Source of the DNA: a virus | Taxonomy: Duplodnaviria > Heunggongvirae > Uroviricota > Caudoviricetes | Virus record (IMG/VR): IMGVR_UViG_3300031133_000383 | Coordinates: 186,635-250,634 of that record | Length of the DNA stretch: 64,000 nucleotides | Strand: one strand, 5' to 3' | Shown: piece after piece, positions 38,311 to 50,607 of the stretch | Layout: each line of letters starts with the position of its first letter | Position numbering within the stretch: the stretch's first letter is position 1 | Notes under the pieces: model-generated | What the model was told of the DNA's origin: nothing | What the model saw: only the letters and a program-made list of their open reading frames with translations | Databases searched by the model: none | Translations under genes and position numbers: made by a program

Positions 38311-38398
38311 ATTAATTATTATTTCTATTATTCAATAATTTATTTTGACATCATATTAATTTTTGATATTATAATATTAATACAATAATAAATATATT

Positions 38399-39232
38399 AT
38401 GACACATTTCAAGCTTTTACCTCTTTTGCTTTTTGTACAAACCATTAGTTATGCTGACTACACTGTTATTTATCCATTAACCGATTCTTCAATTTTAATA
38501 AAGAATAAAATTGTACCATCAGTGCCTACCTACACAGAATGGGCATCCGTAGGCGAACCTTATAATTGTGCATCATCAAATCCACAAGAATATAATGTGG
38601 ATGAAGGTGTAACCTATACTAAGACTTTTAATGATTGCATACAAAAACAAGAAAGAACGAAAACATTAGACAAAGAGATTACCACTGAATCTCGTACTAT
38701 TTCTATTTCGCAATATAAAGTTCAAAGTATTGGAACAAAGGTAGCTATACCTAGTTATACCGAATGGACTAATTCTGGTAGTGCTTATAACTGTCAATCC
38801 GTTAGCCCTATGGAAGATACTATTTCAAAAGGAAAAGAATATACAAAAAATTATACCAACTGCAGTATTAATCAAACTAGAACAAAAACACTTAATAATG
38901 TTAAAAATACTGAGACACGAGTTGCTGATGGGTATTCATACTCTATTCAAAGTGTTGGAACAAGAAATGATGAAGAATGTTTAAAATTTTCAAATTCTAG
39001 TCGTTGGGTAGATTATGCAAAAACACCACTTACTGCACCTAATTACAAATATCAAGTAGTATGGAATGGTAATGTATATGCTTCTTTTTCAAATTTACCA
39101 GAAAAAACCAATGTAGACATGAGTTTTACTTCAGGAATCTATGTATACACTCGTGGAACCTATCAATATTCGCAAAAAGTTGATAAGGATTATCAATATT
39201 TTTATTATGAATTATGTAGAAAGCCTATTTAA
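38399..39232 (+). CDS. secreted repeat-module protein (2 modules)
   Basis: 5' 100 nt nearly identical to 37440 gene. C-terminus …YQYFYYELCRKPI. Confidence 0.75.
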   Translation: MTHFKLLPLLLFVQTISYADYTVIYPLTDSSILIKNKIVPSVPTYTEWASVGEPYNCASSNPQEYNVDEGVTYTKTFNDCIQKQERTKTLDKEITTESRTISISQYKVQSIGTKVAIPSYTEWTNSGSAYNCQSVSPMEDTISKGKEYTKNYTNCSINQTRTKTLNNVKNTETRVADGYSYSIQSVGTRNDEECLKFSNSSRWVDYAKTPLTAPNYKYQVVWNGNVYASFSNLPEKTNVDMSFTSGIYVYTRGTYQYSQKVDKDYQYFYYELCRKPI

Positions 39233-39340
39233 TTTTTATCAATAAATAATAATAAATGTTAAGTATTATATTAAATATTTTGATATTGTAGAACTTGGTG
39301 GTATTATAATAATAGAACAATAATTATATATTTAACCTCT

Positions 39341-40198
39341 ATGAATTTTTTTAAATTACTACCTTTGATTTTTGCAATACAATCAATCAGCTATGCTGAT
39401 TATACAGTCATTTATCCTTTGGATAGTTATCTTCTTAGTATAAAAAATAAAGTTGTAACCAATCCTGATGACGGCTCTGAACAATCTGTCTATACAGAAT
39501 GGTCATCCAATACAGATCCATACGATTGTGCAAAAATTTCGCCACTTTCAGAAACTATTGACGAAGGGGTATCCTTTACTAAAACATTTTCCAACTGTCT
39601 GCAAGACCAAACACGAACAAAAACTTTAAATTCTAAAATATCTATTGAGCATCGGACTGTTCAGGGTGTAGGTTATACAACTCAAAGTATAGGAACAAAG
39701 AAAGCCGTGGCTACTTATACAGAGTGGGTCAGATCAGGTGTACCTTATAAATGTGAGTTTATTGGGCCGATGGAAGATACTGTTGTGGAAGGATCTGCAT
39801 ATACCAAGACTTATAAAAATTGTAGTGCGGATTTTATCAGAACTAAAACACTCAGTGGTGTTGAAACAACTGAAAGTAAGGTCGTCACTGGTTATGAATA
39901 TTCTGTTCAAAGTATTGGAACTCTATCAGGAACAGAATGCTTGGTTTATAACGATACCACTAGTCAGAGTCGTTGGATTGATGCTGCTAAAACAGAGATG
40001 TCGGCTCCCAATTATAAATATGAGCTAACATGGAAAGGAAAATATATAGCAAACTTTACATCATCTACTGTCAATGTGGTTGATAACAGTTTTACAAAGG
40101 ATGGTTATATTTATAGTCGTGGAAAGTTTTTTTCTCGCTATGACCGTAATTTTGGCTATTATTATTTTGCCTATCAAGTGTGTAGAAAACCTGTTTGA
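39341..40198 (+). CDS. secreted repeat-module protein (2 modules)
   Basis: MNFFKLLPLIFAIQSISYADYTVIYPL. C-terminus …YYYFAYQVCRKPV. Confidence 0.75.
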   Translation: MNFFKLLPLIFAIQSISYADYTVIYPLDSYLLSIKNKVVTNPDDGSEQSVYTEWSSNTDPYDCAKISPLSETIDEGVSFTKTFSNCLQDQTRTKTLNSKISIEHRTVQGVGYTTQSIGTKKAVATYTEWVRSGVPYKCEFIGPMEDTVVEGSAYTKTYKNCSADFIRTKTLSGVETTESKVVTGYEYSVQSIGTLSGTECLVYNDTTSQSRWIDAAKTEMSAPNYKYELTWKGKYIANFTSSTVNVVDNSFTKDGYIYSRGKFFSRYDRNFGYYYFAYQVCRKPV

Positions 40199-40280
40199 GT
40201 CAACTATAAAATTGTTGACATTTAAAAAAAGCTTTGTTATATTCAATTCTTAAAATTAATAAACAAAAGAGGAATACACC

Positions 40281-40451
40281 ATGGCTAAGATAACAGTTTA
40301 TACCAAGAGCGAACGTAAAGAACGTGATGTTGAGTTAGCATGGAGACAGAGAGAAGCTGCTTTCAATCCAAAAATCTCGAAAGAAAAAGCTTGGGAACGA
40401 TTTGAACAATTACGTGAAAAAGCTCTTGGCTATTAACCTTACTATAATTAA
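40281..40451 (+). CDS. small basic protein (~56 aa)
   Basis: AAAAGAGGAA SD 8 nt before ATG. Lys/Arg/Glu-rich. Confidence 0.35.
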
Positions 40452-40495
40452 AAAGCAACTTTCATGTTGCTTTTCTTCATTTGGGGCACTGATAT

Positions 40496-41062
40496 ATGCA
40501 TGATATTTCAACACTCAAAAATCCTTCATTACTCTTTGCTGGTTTACTCAATGTGTATCGAGACATTGGTTTGGCTGATTTGGATGTTGCTGATGAAGAA
40601 ATTATTCAGCAAAATATATTGGTTATACAAGAATTGGTAAAATCTCCACACAATAGTTCTATTCCTTTTATCTTGACAAACTCTACTGTTTCTTTGTTGT
40701 CAAAACAAAACAGTGTTCGTCTAACAGGAAATAATTCATCGTTATTATTTAAAATCAAAACCATCCTTTCCACTCAATCTTTCTATATGTCATTGGACAA
40801 AGATAATGAACAAAAAATAAAGTTAATAAAATTTCATAAAAATAATATTCATGATATTGCTTCATATGAATATGTGTATATTACCTTAGACGAATTTCTG
40901 GTTCTTCTGAAAGACCTATTGCTGAATGAGCTTTTCACTATTATCAACAACTCATTTAAGCAAACCAATACTATGGACTTTTTTAGTTTTGAAGATTTTA
41001 TAGCATTACCAGCCTCTACTCGACGCCAGTATATTAACTTGTATCATATGAATACTATTTGA
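40496..41062 (+). CDS. C-terminal-tail family protein (…RRQYINLYHMNTI)
   Basis: 188 aa. Confidence 0.55.
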   Translation: MHDISTLKNPSLLFAGLLNVYRDIGLADLDVADEEIIQQNILVIQELVKSPHNSSIPFILTNSTVSLLSKQNSVRLTGNNSSLLFKIKTILSTQSFYMSLDKDNEQKIKLIKFHKNNIHDIASYEYVYITLDEFLVLLKDLLLNELFTIINNSFKQTNTMDFFSFEDFIALPASTRRQYINLYHMNTI

Positions 41063-41110
41063 ATTTATCCTCAATTTATGAGATAATCGGTACAATTCAG
41101 AGGATTTATC

Positions 41111-41701
41111 ATGCAGGATTTAAAATTATTAGATTATACAATCGTAACAGATTTTCTAACAAAAGCATTTGATTTGGGTGTTGAGTTATGTGCTTTTGAA
41201 GACCATAAATTTTCAGTCAATGCAGTTATTGAACAAATTATCTTGAATGGGTTTACACAATACACAGCAAGCAATCAAAGTCGTTTTCAACGGTTAACTT
41301 ACCGTAAAGCGTATCGTAAAAAATCAAGTAGCGGTTTGCTGGCTAATACATCCGTGGTTAATCATAAATTCTTTACTCCTGAGTTTTTTGAAGGTCAGCC
41401 TCTTTTTCTACATTTATCTTGGCCAGTGCATTTACATTTTCGTAAAGATATTTATTTTGATTTAAAAAATCAGGAAATTTATGAAGATGTTAAGAACATA
41501 AGAAAAGAAGTTGTCAGTTATTTTAAAAGTGATATTGATACAATTTTAAATGAATGTTCAGAGCGTCATTATAGTGGTTTGCATATATCGTTTACTAATG
41601 CAATTGAAGATTTTTCGCTTAAACGTAAAGATATGATGAGTATGCCAATCGATGATATTAATCGCTACATGACACTGGCTGATATGATAACAACTGTTTG
41701 A
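41111..41701 (+). CDS. C-terminal-tail family protein (…INRYMTLADMITTV)
   Basis: CAGAGGA SD. Confidence 0.6.
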   Translation: MQDLKLLDYTIVTDFLTKAFDLGVELCAFEDHKFSVNAVIEQIILNGFTQYTASNQSRFQRLTYRKAYRKKSSSGLLANTSVVNHKFFTPEFFEGQPLFLHLSWPVHLHFRKDIYFDLKNQEIYEDVKNIRKEVVSYFKSDIDTILNECSERHYSGLHISFTNAIEDFSLKRKDMMSMPIDDINRYMTLADMITTV

Positions 41702-41713
41702 GGTTGGGCATTT

Positions 41714-42538
41714 ATGAATAATAAATTTTTATCCGTATTCAAGTCTTATTACTCTGCCAAACTTGAGCAATATGGTTTTTACACAAACAACATTGTTGAA
41801 AAAAATTATACATCTAATCTTGGCGAAGTCCTACTTCTTCAAATTGAAAATGTTAACTCTGACCTATTGTGTGTTGAATTTATTTCAAATCAGTATTCTA
41901 AATATAAAAATTCGTATCGTATTTTTTTTATTTTTCAAGATAGCACGCTTAGTCCTGATGATAAGAATATAAGGGTCAACCATTATTCAACCGCCATTTT
42001 TGGTTTTGACTTTGATAACATACATCAATTGCTGCTGTCTTATTTTCGGGCAGGTCTGGAAAAGAAAATTTTCGTTTGCACAGATCCTTTAATATTAAAC
42101 AATATACCCAGTTCTTTTATTGTTGATCATAGCGATTCTACATCATATTTAGCATCAAAACATAATATAATTTTAAAAGGATTAGAGTATAATCCTTTAT
42201 TAAGAGGTATTATTAAAAATAACAAACCTACTGTTAGCTTAAAGATTGTTTTCAATTTCGATAATGGCTTTGGTCAAGCAACAGTAGCAACCTTCAAATA
42301 CATTAAAAAACATAATTATAATATTATTTCAGCCAATGATATCGACAAAAAAGAAACTGCAAAAATTATTCATTTTAATAATGAATTTACACGGTTGAGT
42401 TTTTTGCAAGCAGAATGTGAAATGGTGATACAACAACAACTTGATGATTTATTAAACAATAATGTAGTTGATTTAACCATGATTTCACAAATAGATTTTG
42501 ATAATATTGTCTTAACAAAAAGAATGGCGGATTATTGA
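41714..42538 (+). CDS. C-terminal-tail family protein (…LTKRMADY)
   Basis: GAGG SD. Confidence 0.55.
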   Translation: MNNKFLSVFKSYYSAKLEQYGFYTNNIVEKNYTSNLGEVLLLQIENVNSDLLCVEFISNQYSKYKNSYRIFFIFQDSTLSPDDKNIRVNHYSTAIFGFDFDNIHQLLLSYFRAGLEKKIFVCTDPLILNNIPSSFIVDHSDSTSYLASKHNIILKGLEYNPLLRGIIKNNKPTVSLKIVFNFDNGFGQATVATFKYIKKHNYNIISANDIDKKETAKIIHFNNEFTRLSFLQAECEMVIQQQLDDLLNNNVVDLTMISQIDFDNIVLTKRMADY

Positions 42539-42540
42539 TC

Positions 42541-43287
42541 ATGACTATTATAGAATCATATCCTTTTATTAATCAGCAAATTATTTCTTTTTTTAAAGAG
42601 CAGTTTAATTTGAAAGTACACACTGAGCTAAAGGTTTCTCTCAGTACGCAGATTTTTGTATTTGACTCGTTTAATAAAAAAACAATATTTAATATCTACT
42701 GTTCTCAAACGAAATTAGGAAAATTGCTTTATACGTTTTACATATTGGATAGAGAATCAAGTATTTATTTAACGACATTCACACAATTTTATATGCTAAG
42801 TACATCAAAAGAAATGAATGCTTATTTTGACATAATAAAGCAAGTAGGTAACTCATTAGGTTTTCCTCTTGATTTATCAGTGAGATCCTTTGAAGAATTG
42901 AATTCAACAATTAAACCTAAGATTTATAATAATTCTTTAATGGTATTATGCGATCAACAAGTTGGTTATGACAAAAAAATGAAATACAATTACAATATAT
43001 ATTCCAGTTTTTCTTTTGAATTCAACACTGATCATATTGATGTTATTAGAATTCTTTACTATGATGCACCACATGGTAAGAATTTTGCACTTTGTTTACA
43101 TTCTGATGGTACACTTTTCGACAATGACTTGATTGTATTCGAAGAAAATATTCGAGGTTTTTTCCGTGAAGAAATAATTCGACGTTTAGTGAATGTATTG
43201 TATTATGATATTAAAGATTTACGTGATTTCTCGGACGCTGAGTTGGCAATTCACCTGCCTTTGATTGAAATAATTGATTTTTCATGA
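42541..43287 (+). CDS. hypothetical protein (…LPLIEIIDFS, family-like); TTG alt start 42535
   Basis: Start overlaps upstream stop region. Confidence 0.5.
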   Translation: MTIIESYPFINQQIISFFKEQFNLKVHTELKVSLSTQIFVFDSFNKKTIFNIYCSQTKLGKLLYTFYILDRESSIYLTTFTQFYMLSTSKEMNAYFDIIKQVGNSLGFPLDLSVRSFEELNSTIKPKIYNNSLMVLCDQQVGYDKKMKYNYNIYSSFSFEFNTDHIDVIRILYYDAPHGKNFALCLHSDGTLFDNDLIVFEENIRGFFREEIIRRLVNVLYYDIKDLRDFSDAELAIHLPLIEIIDFS

Positions 43288-43331
43288 TTTTTTCTATATA
43301 CTTATAAAGTTTTGTACAGGGAAAAAATAAA

Positions 43332-44057
43332 ATGAGTGAACTCACCGATATTCCAAAATTTATAGGGATTTTCTTTGACAAGTATAACAATGGCAAAATT
43401 GGTATACAATTAAAAAAAGAACACTATAATAACGTTGTTTGTGTTGAAACTAATAAAGGAAAACCTATCTTAAAACTATCCGAATATGTTACTCGTTCTC
43501 CATATCCTTGTTTTTATGTTTCTTGTCACTATGTAAAAGATCAGCATTTTATTACAAGATTAATAAGAGAATACAGTATTGAAGATAAAGAAATGTTTCT
43601 TTTTATGATTGATACCATCAAAACAGCATTAGTTAAGCTAGGTCTAGCCACTGATGTAAAGATAAATCCAAAGATATTTACAGCTAGATTAGATTTTAAC
43701 AGATACAGTAATGGATATGTCGTCAAGGATATTGAATGTTTTTCAATTATTGATAATAATTCAACAACTATTATTTATCAAAATTTTAATTTTTCTATTT
43801 TTGAAGACAAGGTTTATTTAATTCGAACATTTCATTTCAACTATTTAATGCAAGAGTATGTTTTTGATGTGTTTAGTCACTTTGTTGACCGTGAGCAATC
43901 ATTCAATACCATCAAGCAAAATATTTATAGCAACTTTCGACAAAAGATGATTGAACATATTTCTCAAATAATGAAAATACCAAAAGAAGAATTTGCAGAT
44001 TTTTCAGACGAACATTTAGCTGATTCGTATAAGCTTTGTAACATGTATAGTTATTGA
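43332..44057 (+). CDS. C-terminal-tail family protein (…LADSYKLCNMYSY)
   Basis: 241 aa. Confidence 0.6.
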   Translation: MSELTDIPKFIGIFFDKYNNGKIGIQLKKEHYNNVVCVETNKGKPILKLSEYVTRSPYPCFYVSCHYVKDQHFITRLIREYSIEDKEMFLFMIDTIKTALVKLGLATDVKINPKIFTARLDFNRYSNGYVVKDIECFSIIDNNSTTIIYQNFNFSIFEDKVYLIRTFHFNYLMQEYVFDVFSHFVDREQSFNTIKQNIYSNFRQKMIEHISQIMKIPKEEFADFSDEHLADSYKLCNMYSY

Positions 44058-44096
44058 TTTATTGTCTTTAATGCTGTATGATTAGCAAATATTTGA

Positions 44097-46200
<2,104 letters not shown>

Positions 46201-46262
46201 TATTTACAATGTTATGTGTTATCATTATTTCTTTTTATTGAAATATAAAAGGTCAATGAATT

Positions 46263-47039
46263 ATGGCAAATACACAAGAGAAAGATTTCTTAATGCTTAT
46301 CAAAGCTTTGTCTGCCCATACTGGTGAACGGTATCAGCATCACAATCAAGGATCTTCTTTGTTGATCAAAAGTAATAAAGAAGATATTTCATTTGTTAAA
46401 TTTGGTTATGACAGAGTGTTGAGAGCGTTCAATTCAATTCAATTTACCGATGCAACGCCAAACAATATAAAAGAAATATTTATTGTTCCCACCGAACTTA
46501 AAATTATTCAATCCATCGTTGACGGTTTTTTCAATCACCCACTTGTAAAAAGTGTTTTTATTAATCCTCTTATCGCATCTATCAATACTCCTATGGTTTC
46601 TTTTAATAACATAGGGATACCTGCACATAGTCGGCTAGCTCTGAAAAAGCAATTTTCATACCGTAACGCATTGAATGAGTTTACATTAGAAAAACACATT
46701 ACAGCAACTGCTGCACTAGATATTGTTTTGGAAGTGAAATTGAAATTCAATATTTCAAAAATTGGCTGTTTCGAGTTTTTATATAACCCTATTGATAAAC
46801 AAATTAAATTGATTTCAAATATTGTCTACATTGACAGTAGACCTCAATATATATATTGTGATAGACTTCCAATGAGTGAAGAATGCTTAAAATCAAAAAT
46901 GATCGATTGGTTAAATAAAATTTCCGAACCTGTATTTATACATTTATTGTATGCACATCGTTTGAATATAACAGATGTTAGTTTTAACAAACAAAACATA
47001 CAAGAAAGTTTTTTAATGTTGGAGATAGTAATTGACTGA
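46263..47039 (+). CDS. hypothetical protein (…FLMLEIVID, family-like)
   Basis: AAAAGG SD. Confidence 0.55.
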   Translation: MANTQEKDFLMLIKALSAHTGERYQHHNQGSSLLIKSNKEDISFVKFGYDRVLRAFNSIQFTDATPNNIKEIFIVPTELKIIQSIVDGFFNHPLVKSVFINPLIASINTPMVSFNNIGIPAHSRLALKKQFSYRNALNEFTLEKHITATAALDIVLEVKLKFNISKIGCFEFLYNPIDKQIKLISNIVYIDSRPQYIYCDRLPMSEECLKSKMIDWLNKISEPVFIHLLYAHRLNITDVSFNKQNIQESFLMLEIVID

Positions 47040-47868
47040 TAATACTGTGTTGAACAACTTAAAGGAATTTTTTATAGCTTATTTAAAAACTAATCATCAC
47101 CTTGATGTTGTTAAAACAGCTATTAAACATAAGGTGAATAATGGTCGTTCTGATGTGATTAAATTTATCATTAAGGATTTGACTATCAGTCCGCACAATA
47201 GATATGTATTGGTTTATGTAGATCGCTATAATAAAGGTTTTATTGATATATCGACGAACATAGATAAAATTTTTTTGATCACAATGTATAATGATTTCTT
47301 GTCACCTTATCTCTATAAGGAGATAGATGTCTTCAAAAAAACATTACAATTTATTTCAGATAAATTTATATTGTTTGATTCTATGGACTATGATATTGGC
47401 GAAGAGTATGGACATATTAAACATGCGACTTCAAAAGAATTTAGTGAGCAATATTTTAATATGTCTAGTTTATTGATTACCAAACTTCCTATCAATACAG
47501 ATGTATATCCCAAATGGAAAAATTGTTATATCACCAGTCAACTACAATTTATTTATAACAATGATAAATTAGTGGCCTTTCCTGTTATTTCACTCCACTT
47601 AGGCAATATCTATCATGCTCAGAAATTAAAAAACAATTCAATTGTCGCTGTGTCTTCTAATGAAGAAATCATATCGATTGAATTAAGCTTACGCAAGAAT
47701 TTTTCTAGTCATGTCTCAAAATTCGTTAGTATTTTTGAAAATTTGTTATACAATGATTTCTATAAAGCTCTAGGCCAATTTTTCAACATCAGTCTTGAAG
47801 ATATTAAACAAAGCACTGCCCAAGATCTAGAAGCCTATGCAACTGTATTACGTATAAAATATACATGA
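47032..47868 (+). CDS. hypothetical protein (TTG start, …ATVLRIKYT)
   Basis: GGAGA SD 9 nt upstream of TTG. No in-frame ATG for about 88 codons. Confidence 0.5.
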   Translation: MTDNTVLNNLKEFFIAYLKTNHHLDVVKTAIKHKVNNGRSDVIKFIIKDLTISPHNRYVLVYVDRYNKGFIDISTNIDKIFLITMYNDFLSPYLYKEIDVFKKTLQFISDKFILFDSMDYDIGEEYGHIKHATSKEFSEQYFNMSSLLITKLPINTDVYPKWKNCYITSQLQFIYNNDKLVAFPVISLHLGNIYHAQKLKNNSIVAVSSNEEIISIELSLRKNFSSHVSKFVSIFENLLYNDFYKALGQFFNISLEDIKQSTAQDLEAYATVLRIKYT

Positions 47869-47878
47869 GGATTTATTG

Positions 47879-48757
47879 ATGTCAGACTCTATCAAACGTT
47901 ATTTTCCATTAATAAAAATGGTTAACTCCAAAATAAATATGTATTATCCTAATAATCTTACAACTGTATTACGCAATAGTTCGTTAAATGATTTCGAAAT
48001 TATTATAAAAACTGATAGTTTTCATTCTTCAAAGACGGATTCTATCATTTTTGAGAAAAATGATAAATCTTCTCGTATCAATAGTATTTTATTAGAAAAA
48101 ATAAGATTTTACTTTAGAGAATACGATGGTTTTAATCTGCTGACAATGACAGCTTCGACCAATAGAAAATCACCTATTATAAAAGATATTTACGATGAAT
48201 TATTTTCTGGCGTTGAATTTCCATCTTCTCGTTTTATTGATATATTAGATAGGTATGAAGAAACAACTGCAAAATTTGATTATTTTTCAGGCTTTAAAAA
48301 GCGATTTATTCCACAATCAATTGATGATATGTTCGTAAAAAAGACGGATGGCAAACAAACAAAAGATTTAAAGGTTGGACAAGCTCATTATTCTCAAATG
48401 GGTAAATCAGAAAACATGCGTAAATCTAGCATGAATTCTAGTTCTTCCTACTCTCCAATTAAGGCAGATTTAAAAATTGGATTTACTGATAAAGATAATT
48501 TTATTCCAATTGTTTTATTTACATTGCCTATTCTGTCATCCAATAAATATAAGATGCCTGTTCCCATTCTTTCAAACAACTTTGAGAATTTTTTGGAGCA
48601 ATCTTTTGAAAAGTTCGAAGCAGCCTTCAAGAAGTGTATTATTAATATTATTGCCAATAAAGAAAATCTCAAACTTAAAGAAAAAAAATTACTGTTTAAT
48701 CTTTCTGATGAAGAGCTTTATATGAGATATAAAATTGTTGAAATGATCAATATATGA
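47879..48757 (+). CDS. C-terminal-tail family protein (…YMRYKIVEMINI)
   Basis: GAGGA SD. Confidence 0.6.
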   Translation: MSDSIKRYFPLIKMVNSKINMYYPNNLTTVLRNSSLNDFEIIIKTDSFHSSKTDSIIFEKNDKSSRINSILLEKIRFYFREYDGFNLLTMTASTNRKSPIIKDIYDELFSGVEFPSSRFIDILDRYEETTAKFDYFSGFKKRFIPQSIDDMFVKKTDGKQTKDLKVGQAHYSQMGKSENMRKSSMNSSSSYSPIKADLKIGFTDKDNFIPIVLFTLPILSSNKYKMPVPILSNNFENFLEQSFEKFEAAFKKCIINIIANKENLKLKEKKLLFNLSDEELYMRYKIVEMINI

Positions 48758-49533
48758 AGATTAAAGATTATTTTTTAAACACCTTTAATCACTATACTGT
48801 GCATTTTGATAGTTTGAATAATTTTTTATTTGTTCGTTTGTATGATGGTGTGAAATTTATAGCTAAATTTAAAATAAAAGGCAATTCTATCATAGGGATT
48901 TATTTACATCCAGAATATGAAAAAGACATTGATAGAGTTTTTCGTTTTACTTATGATTTAACTATCGAAAAAAAGCTTTGTATAGCTGTTAATCTTTTTC
49001 TCAACAATAAAGTTATGGCTGCTTTTTTTAAGTCTGTTGACAGACGTTTCCGGCAAATTCAAGATGCCAATATTTATGATAATTTAAGACAATATGATAT
49101 GGATACTTCAATGTACCTTGAAACGTATCCTCGATTTGAACTTCAATACAGAACATGTGGAAAAATTTATTACGCTCAATTCTTTATATTTGATTCAAAC
49201 AATTATCCACATTCTATTTTTGCTATTAGTTTTTTGTTGCCAAAATATACAGTGCATATTTTGTATTCAGTAGAATTAAATACGTTTATAAGTGTTCAAG
49301 GCTTATTTAAAGATTTACCAATTCAGTTTCATGAAAAAACCTTTGAACATATTTTCGAAAGTGCTAAACCAATTAAAGATCTCAGCACTTATATAAATGA
49401 TTATCATAGTTATGACATTATGTTTACTTTTGTCAATATGATAACAAATGATAGATCTTTAACTGAACACATGTTGCCTTCCATCGATTCATTGGATAAT
49501 GCCATTGATCTATTAAATATGATGTATATTTGA
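48754..49533 (+). CDS. C-terminal-tail family protein (…IDLLNMMYI); ATGA start/stop overlap
   Basis: 259 aa. Confidence 0.6.
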   Translation: MKIKDYFLNTFNHYTVHFDSLNNFLFVRLYDGVKFIAKFKIKGNSIIGIYLHPEYEKDIDRVFRFTYDLTIEKKLCIAVNLFLNNKVMAAFFKSVDRRFRQIQDANIYDNLRQYDMDTSMYLETYPRFELQYRTCGKIYYAQFFIFDSNNYPHSIFAISFLLPKYTVHILYSVELNTFISVQGLFKDLPIQFHEKTFEHIFESAKPIKDLSTYINDYHSYDIMFTFVNMITNDRSLTEHMLPSIDSLDNAIDLLNMMYI

Positions 49534-49696
49534 GGCAGTTACTACTATTCATATTACATATTTGATTAAAACTATAATTTATTCAATGACAGTTAATACC
49601 AAATGAATAAAACATTGACAAAATTTAATATTATCGCTATATTTATTAATCGAAATCATGCTCTATACCTATGTAACACAAGAAAAGGAGAAACCT

Positions 49697-50215
49697 ATGT
49701 TATTTGTTGAAGGCTATTATGAAAAAGATAGATTTATCAAAGACTTTAAAAAATTTTCACCCCATTTCAAAAGTTATAGAAAAGCTCAGAATCGTAAAAG
49801 TCTGATCGACTTTTTTATCACTGTCATGATGTCTATACTGTTACTTTCACTGACCAATATTTATGAAGACTATTCGTTATTAATTTTCATAGTAGGTTTT
49901 ATTGTCATTTCAATCAGTATGTTTTTAATAATCAATATTAAAAATGAAGATTTGAAAAGCTTTGACTTGTTTCAAGTCTCTGCACTGGATGGAACATTTA
50001 AAGATCTAGATGAAGAAGATTGTTTTGGGCCTTTTTTGAAAGATTATCTCAGAGATAATAAACAAGAAATAAAAGAACGATTATCTGAATCTAAATTAAT
50101 TAGTGGACGGCTTGCCCTAGAAATCTACAATAAAATAAATTCAGATACTTATAAAAATGGAAAACGTATAATCGAAAATGAAAAAAGAATTCTTAGAGAA
50201 ATCGAAGATATTTAA
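49697..50215 (+). CDS. membrane protein (2 TM helices)
   Basis: AAAAGGAGAAA SD before ATG 49697. Confidence 0.55.
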   Translation: MLFVEGYYEKDRFIKDFKKFSPHFKSYRKAQNRKSLIDFFITVMMSILLLSLTNIYEDYSLLIFIVGFIVISISMFLIINIKNEDLKSFDLFQVSALDGTFKDLDEEDCFGPFLKDYLRDNKQEIKERLSESKLISGRLALEIYNKINSDTYKNGKRIIENEKRILREIEDI

Positions 50216-50298
50216 TATGAGGATGTCATCTGGAAAAAAATCTTGCAGTTTTTTTGATAATTTAGTATACTTACTGCTAAATCAAAAAGAGATATTTT

Positions 50299-50523
50299 AT
50301 GAAGATTAAACATACCTTGGTAGCTAATAAAGAATACTCTATAAATAAACATAGTTATACAGTTTCCATGATTACATCCTATGACAGAGGATTGCTGATG
50401 GGAACTCGTATTTATGTCCTAGAACCTGTCGATCCTTTGCTCAGGACTCTTACAGCAGTTCATTGGCCGGATGGTGTAATTGATCGTATCAAGCCCTACA
50501 CAAAACCAAAATCTCTACTTTGA
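50299..50523 (+). CDS. small hypothetical protein (74 aa)
   Basis: ORF with weak SD. Confidence 0.35.
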   Translation: MKIKHTLVANKEYSINKHSYTVSMITSYDRGLLMGTRIYVLEPVDPLLRTLTAVHWPDGVIDRIKPYTKPKSLL

Positions 50524-50607
50524 CATATTTGGTAGTAGTTTTTTCTTTACAGATTGTTTGTTTTTTGTTACAATCGCATTATTAAATCAATATCACTAGG
50601 AGTTGTT

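Noticed and set aside
40376-40436. Apparent +1-frame continuation (…EKAWERFEQLREKALGY*) of the small ORF 40281-40451 across an A-run, suggesting a frameshift
   Set aside because: On recounting positions the in-frame reading is uninterrupted and ends at 40451. The alternative reading arose from a miscount on my part. No evidence for frameshifting was retained.
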